Assembly: GCA_963775055.1 (NCBI GenBank)
Contig: CAVZHK010000013.1
Coordinates: forward strand, 424,249-488,248
DNA length: 64,000 nt
Source: an uncultured Acidimicrobiaceae bacterium
Lineage (GTDB): Bacteria; Actinomycetota; Acidimicrobiia; Acidimicrobiales; CAIXPF01
Direction: 5' to 3'
In this document: positions 60,203 to 64,000 of the stretch, in pieces
Layout of the letters: each line of letters starts with the position of its first letter
Position numbering within the stretch: the stretch's first letter is position 1
Notes under the pieces: model-generated
Seen by the model: only the letters and a program-made list of their open reading frames with translations
The model's database searches: none
What the model was told of the DNA's origin: nothing
Position numbers and translations under genes: made by a program

Positions 60203-63200
60203 ATGGTTGAGATCCGCTGCGCCAACTGCGGCGGCACCCACTCCAGCGCCAACGACGTTCGTGCCTGTTTCCGGTCCGGGGGCGGGCGACCAGGCGCGCT
60301 GAGCGGGGCCGATGCCGGCGCGCCGGAGGAGGTCGCAACCCTCCTGGCTGACCTCGACCGCTATGCCGAGGTCGATTCCGATGACAGCGACGGGTCAGCC
60401 CACCACGGTGCCGGCCCGTCGTCGGGCCCGCCAGAAGCCACCAGGTCACGGAGCCGGGCCCCGGTCGGCGAGTCCGCTGGTTCCCGTGCACGCCCTGGTC
60501 GGGCGACGGCGCGGTCGCGCTCGGGCCACCGCGGACCCACCACCGCCGCGGTTCGGGTCGTTGGGCCCGCTACCTCACCGCTGCCCCGCCCCCCGGCGGA
60601 TTGGGCCGGTCCCGAGGCACTCGGCCGCGGTTTGGTCATCACCCCCGGCGCCGCCGTGCCCGCCCCCTGGCAGGCCGCCACCCGGCTGCGCATCGACCCC
60701 TCGCAGGTGGACGACGCCGCGGGCGGGGCGTTGGCCGAGCTGACCCGCTGTTGGGGCCAACGTCAACGCTTCGTGGTGGAGTGGGACCAGCCGCGCTCCC
60801 AACCCGCAACCGATGACGGCGCGCCCGGTGCCGGCCCGGAGGTGGAGGAACGCGAGCCGTGGCAGGTCGGCGTGGCGTTCGAGTTTCACAGTGACCGGCT
60901 GGCGGCGTTGCTGCACGACCATGCGGTTGATGCCCGGGGCCCCGACGGCGCTCGCTACCGGCCGGCCGAAGTTGCCGTAGCCGTGGGGGCCACCCCGACC
61001 GCGCTCCCCGGAGTCGACGTTCTCGACCCGAGTGGGGTGCCGCTGGTGATCGATGGGGGACCGTTGACCCCGGGGCTGCTGGCCTCGGCGGAGCACCCAT
61101 CGGGCCGGTCGGAGGAGTCCGAGGGGTCGGAGGGGTCGGTGGCATCCGAGGTGCCGGCTGGTGCCGTGCGGGTGGTGCCGGTGGCGCTGGTGGGGGTGGG
61201 CTTGTTGCGCGAGTTGGGCGTCGGCGGCTCCCCGGCTGAGTTGGCCGAGGACCAGTTGGCGGCGGTGAGCCACCGTGGCGGGGCGGCCCGCATCATTGCC
61301 CCGGCCGGCTCGGGCAAGACGAGGGTGCTGACCGAACGGGCCCGACTGCTGTTGCGGCAGTGGCAGGTTCCCGCACAGCTGGTCACGTTGGTGGCGTTCA
61401 ACGTGCGGGCTGCAGAGGAGATGCGCGAGCGCACCACCGACCTGCCGGGCCTGCACATCCGCACCCTCAACAGCCTGGCCCTGGCCATCGTCAACGGCAG
61501 CGGACCGTTCCTCGCCCGCCGTGACGGTCGCTCGTTGAGCACCATCGACGAGTTCGAAACCCGCCGCGTCCTCGAAAAGCTGGTTCGCTACCCCCGCCGG
61601 GCCGGGACCGACCCTGCCGCGGTCTGGCTGGAAGCGCTGGCCGCGGTGCGCCTGGCGTTGCGGGACCCGGCCGATGTCGAGGCCGGTTTCGGTGGTGACG
61701 TTGACGGGTTCGCCCGGGTCCTGCCCCTCTACCGTGAGGAGCTGGCCCGGCGGGGGGCGCTGGACTACGACGAGCAGATCACTGCCGCCATCGAACGCCT
61801 GCTGCGGGAACCCGACGCCCGCCGGGTCGCCCGTCAGGCCTGCCGGGTGCTGCTGGTCGATGAGTTCCAGGACCTGGCACCGGCCCACCTCCTCCTCATC
61901 CGGCTGCTCTCGGCCCCCACGTTCGATTGCTTCGGGGTCGGTGACGACGACCAGACCATCTACGGCTACGTCGGCGCTTCACCGGACTGGCTGGTGCACT
62001 TCGAGCGGTGGTTCCCCGGCGCCGCCGACCATCCGCTGCAGATCAACTACCGCTGCCCGCCCGCAGTGGTGCACGCCGCCGCCAACCTGCTCACCCGCAA
62101 CCGCCATCGGGTGCCCAAGGACATCCGGTCCGCGCCCGACCGGGCCGGTCAGCCCGGGGACCTGCGCATCGAGGCCGTGGATGATGTGGCCGCCACCACC
62201 TGTGAACAGGTCATCGAGCTGGTCGCGGGTGGTGTCGCCCCCGCCGAGGTGGCCGTGCTCAGCAGGGTCAACGTGACCCTGCTGGCGGTGCAGCTGCGGT
62301 TGGCGGCGGCCGCGGTGCCCACCAACGCCGCGGTGGACCTGCAGCTCCTCGGTCGCTCAGGGGTGCGGGCGGCGTTGGCTTGGGTGGCGTTGGCCGCCAC
62401 GGCGCAGGGCCCATCGGCCAACCTGGCCGGTGGTCTGGTGGCGGACGCGGCCCGCCGCCCACCGAGGGCCATCTCCCCCAAACTGCTGGAGTGGATGGGT
62501 GAGCAGCGCAGCCTCGACGGCTTGGCCCGCTTGGCCACCCGACTGTCCCAGGCTCGCGACGCGGACAAGGTCGAGGCCTTCGTGACGGATCTGCAACTGT
62601 TGGCGGGCTTGGTGCGTGACGGTGCCGATACCGCCGCGGTGTTGGCGGCGGTGGCGGACCGAATCGGCCTCGGCGCGGCCATGGACACGCTGGACTCCTC
62701 CCGGGGGGCAGTTGATCGCTCCACCCACGGCGATGATCTGGCCGCGTTGCGCGCCGTGGCCCACCTCCACCCCGACCCGGCCGGGTTCGGCGGTTGGTTG
62801 CGGCACCAGCTCGAGGCCACCCGTCAGCAGTCCCGTCCCGACGGCGTGCAGCTGGCCACCATCCACCGGGTCAAAGGACGGGAGTGGCCCTATGTGTTCG
62901 TGCACGATGCCAGCGACGGGCTGTTGCCCCACCGTCTGGCCGAGGACATCGAGGAGGAGCGACGGGTCTTCCACGTGGCGTTGACCAGGTCCTCCGTGCG
63001 AACCACGGTGGTGGTTGACGCTGCCGTCCCCAGCCCTTTCGTGGCCGAACTGGCCGAGGCCGGCAACCCCAGCAGTGCGGAGGGGCCCGCTGTCACCAGC
63101 GCCGCCGCCAGTCGTGGTGGCCGGGCTGGCCGCTCGGGTGGCGCCGGGCAAGGTTCGACGCCACCCGATGGAGCGTCGACCCCGGCCAGCACGGCACTGG

Positions 63201-63412
63201 TCGAGCAGCTCAAGGCGTGGCGGCGGGAACGGGCCCGGCGCGACGCGGTCCCGGCGTATGTGGTGCTGCCGGACAAGGCCATCGACGACGTGGCCCGTCG
63301 CGCTCCCCGGACGCTGGTGGAGTTGTCCCGCTGCCACGGCATCGGCCCCGCCAAGCTGGACCGATACGGGGACGAGATCCTGGCCGTGCTCGACACCGGC
63401 CCCGGTTCGTAG
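60203..63412 (+). CDS. UvrD/Rep-family superfamily-1 DNA helicase with ~360-aa N-terminal extension and C-terminal HRDC domain
   Basis: Walker A IIAPAGSGKTRVL, motif II LLVDEFQDLAP, TIHRVKGREWPYVFV, VFHVALTRS. HRDC-like LKAWRRERARRDAVPAYVVLPDKAIDDVARRAPRTLVELSRCHGIGPAKLDRYGDEILAVL. Confidence 0.85.
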   Translation: MVEIRCANCGGTHSSANDVRACFRSGGGRPGALSGADAGAPEEVATLLADLDRYAEVDSDDSDGSAHHGAGPSSGPPEATRSRSRAPVGESAGSRARPGRATARSRSGHRGPTTAAVRVVGPATSPLPRPPADWAGPEALGRGLVITPGAAVPAPWQAATRLRIDPSQVDDAAGGALAELTRCWGQRQRFVVEWDQPRSQPATDDGAPGAGPEVEEREPWQVGVAFEFHSDRLAALLHDHAVDARGPDGARYRPAEVAVAVGATPTALPGVDVLDPSGVPLVIDGGPLTPGLLASAEHPSGRSEESEGSEGSVASEVPAGAVRVVPVALVGVGLLRELGVGGSPAELAEDQLAAVSHRGGAARIIAPAGSGKTRVLTERARLLLRQWQVPAQLVTLVAFNVRAAEEMRERTTDLPGLHIRTLNSLALAIVNGSGPFLARRDGRSLSTIDEFETRRVLEKLVRYPRRAGTDPAAVWLEALAAVRLALRDPADVEAGFGGDVDGFARVLPLYREELARRGALDYDEQITAAIERLLREPDARRVARQACRVLLVDEFQDLAPAHLLLIRLLSAPTFDCFGVGDDDQTIYGYVGASPDWLVHFERWFPGAADHPLQINYRCPPAVVHAAANLLTRNRHRVPKDIRSAPDRAGQPGDLRIEAVDDVAATTCEQVIELVAGGVAPAEVAVLSRVNVTLLAVQLRLAAAAVPTNAAVDLQLLGRSGVRAALAWVALAATAQGPSANLAGGLVADAARRPPRAISPKLLEWMGEQRSLDGLARLATRLSQARDADKVEAFVTDLQLLAGLVRDGADTAAVLAAVADRIGLGAAMDTLDSSRGAVDRSTHGDDLAALRAVAHLHPDPAGFGGWLRHQLEATRQQSRPDGVQLATIHRVKGREWPYVFVHDASDGLLPHRLAEDIEEERRVFHVALTRSSVRTTVVVDAAVPSPFVAELAEAGNPSSAEGPAVTSAAASRGGRAGRSGGAGQGSTPPDGASTPASTALVEQLKAWRRERARRDAVPAYVVLPDKAIDDVARRAPRTLVELSRCHGIGPAKLDRYGDEILAVLDTGPGS

Positions 63413-63448
63413 GCCCCCAGGCGAGGGGCCCGACATCGCAGGCGTGGA

Positions 63449-64000
63449 TCAGCGGTCGATCGATGCCCCGGCGGCCAGGACCGAACGGATGGTCAGGTCG
63501 TCCTCGAGCACCACCACGTCGGCCCGGCCACCGGCATAGAGCCGGCCGAGGTCCCGCCGACGCAGCGCCAGCGCCGGGGTGCGGGTCACCGTGGCCAAGG
63601 CGGCATTGAGGCTCAGGCCCAGCCCCACCAGGTTGCGCAGGGCCTGATCGAGCCCGCTGGCGCTCCCGGCCAGCGTGCCGTCCTCAAAACGGACCGCGGT
63701 GCCGTCGACATGTTCGGTTCGGCCGTCGGGACGGGTGCGCATGGCAGAGCCCGATCCCGCCAGGGCCACCGCGTCGGACACCACGAAGGCCCGGTCACCC
63801 AACGCCGCCAGGCTGAAGCGCACCGCATCGGCGTGCACGTGGGCCAGGTCGGCGATCAGGCCGACGAACACCCCGGATCGGGCCAGCGCGGCACCGGTCA
63901 GGCCGGGGTCACGGGCGGTCGGCGACGACTGGGCGTTCCACAGGTGCGTCACCATGGTGGCCCCCGCGTCGAACGCCGCGTGGGCCTGTTCGGCGCTGGC
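63449..64000 (-). CDS. nagA: N-acetylglucosamine-6-phosphate deacetylase (amidohydrolase), 3' part; continues beyond the window
   Basis: THLWNAQ, GLIADLAHVHADAV and FVVSDAVALAGSG are typical of the NagA C-terminal half. The reading frame is still open at position 64000. Confidence 0.75.
   Translation of the reverse strand, partial: ASAEQAHAAFDAGATMVTHLWNAQSSPTARDPGLTGAALARSGVFVGLIADLAHVHADAVRFSLAALGDRAFVVSDAVALAGSGSAMRTRPDGRTEHVDGTAVRFEDGTLAGSASGLDQALRNLVGLGLSLNAALATVTRTPALALRRRDLGRLYAGGRADVVVLEDDLTIRSVLAAGASIDR

Noticed and set aside
60575-63436. Two long minus-strand ORFs (437 aa and 359 aa) opposite the helicase gene
   Set aside because: The plus-strand frame carries all SF1 helicase motifs plus HRDC in a single intact 1069-aa ORF. 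The antisense ORFs are low-complexity Arg/Gly/Pro-rich artefacts of high GC.

Overview
This is a visibly high-GC, actinobacterial-type chromosomal window; gene content resembles Acidimicrobiia/Actinomycetota, but I cannot assign a taxon. About 60 protein genes are densely packed, many translationally coupled through ATGA/GTGA overlaps. I recognised no rRNA, tRNA, CRISPR array, transposase or integrase.

Content in order:
- Tam methyltransferase and a PLP dehydratase.
- A four-gene conservon (cvnA-D) next to a PAP2/vanadium-haloperoxidase-like lipoprotein.
- An AtuA-like (DUF1446) gene coupled to a cobalt-type nitrile hydratase (alpha, beta, accessory).
- Two cytochrome P450s.
- A fused SAM-decarboxylase/spermidine-synthase gene.
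- prmA.
- groEL behind a perfect CIRCE operator.
- A NitT/TauT-type ABC transporter.
- A cluster of FAD oxidoreductase, nitrobindin-like protein, FdhD and HemQ.
- A branched-chain amino-acid (liv-type) ABC transporter locus.
- larE.
- amtB-glnB-glnD.
- A cobalamin riboswitch driving btuFCD-cbiZ.
- A thiolase/DUF35 pair.
- A large UvrD-like helicase with an HRDC domain.
- A partial nagA.

Most noteworthy observations:
1. A solute-binding lipoprotein is circularly permuted relative to its own paralog 4 kb away.
2. Frameshifts and in-frame TAG codons are strongly non-uniform. They concentrate in groEL, the liv operon, amtB and glnD, while long neighbouring stretches are intact. This points to either real gene decay or locally poor assembly.
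3. A LivH permease carries an N-terminal secreted Ig-like domain.
4. 10-bp-phased direct repeats lie upstream of amtB.
5. A long imperfect palindrome lies upstream of the AtuA-like/nitrile hydratase operon.
6. In-frame short tandem repeats sit at the 5' ends of three enzymes, including a (His-Asp)n tail on the nitrile hydratase alpha subunit.

All family calls rest on motifs read by eye from the supplied translations. No database search was run.
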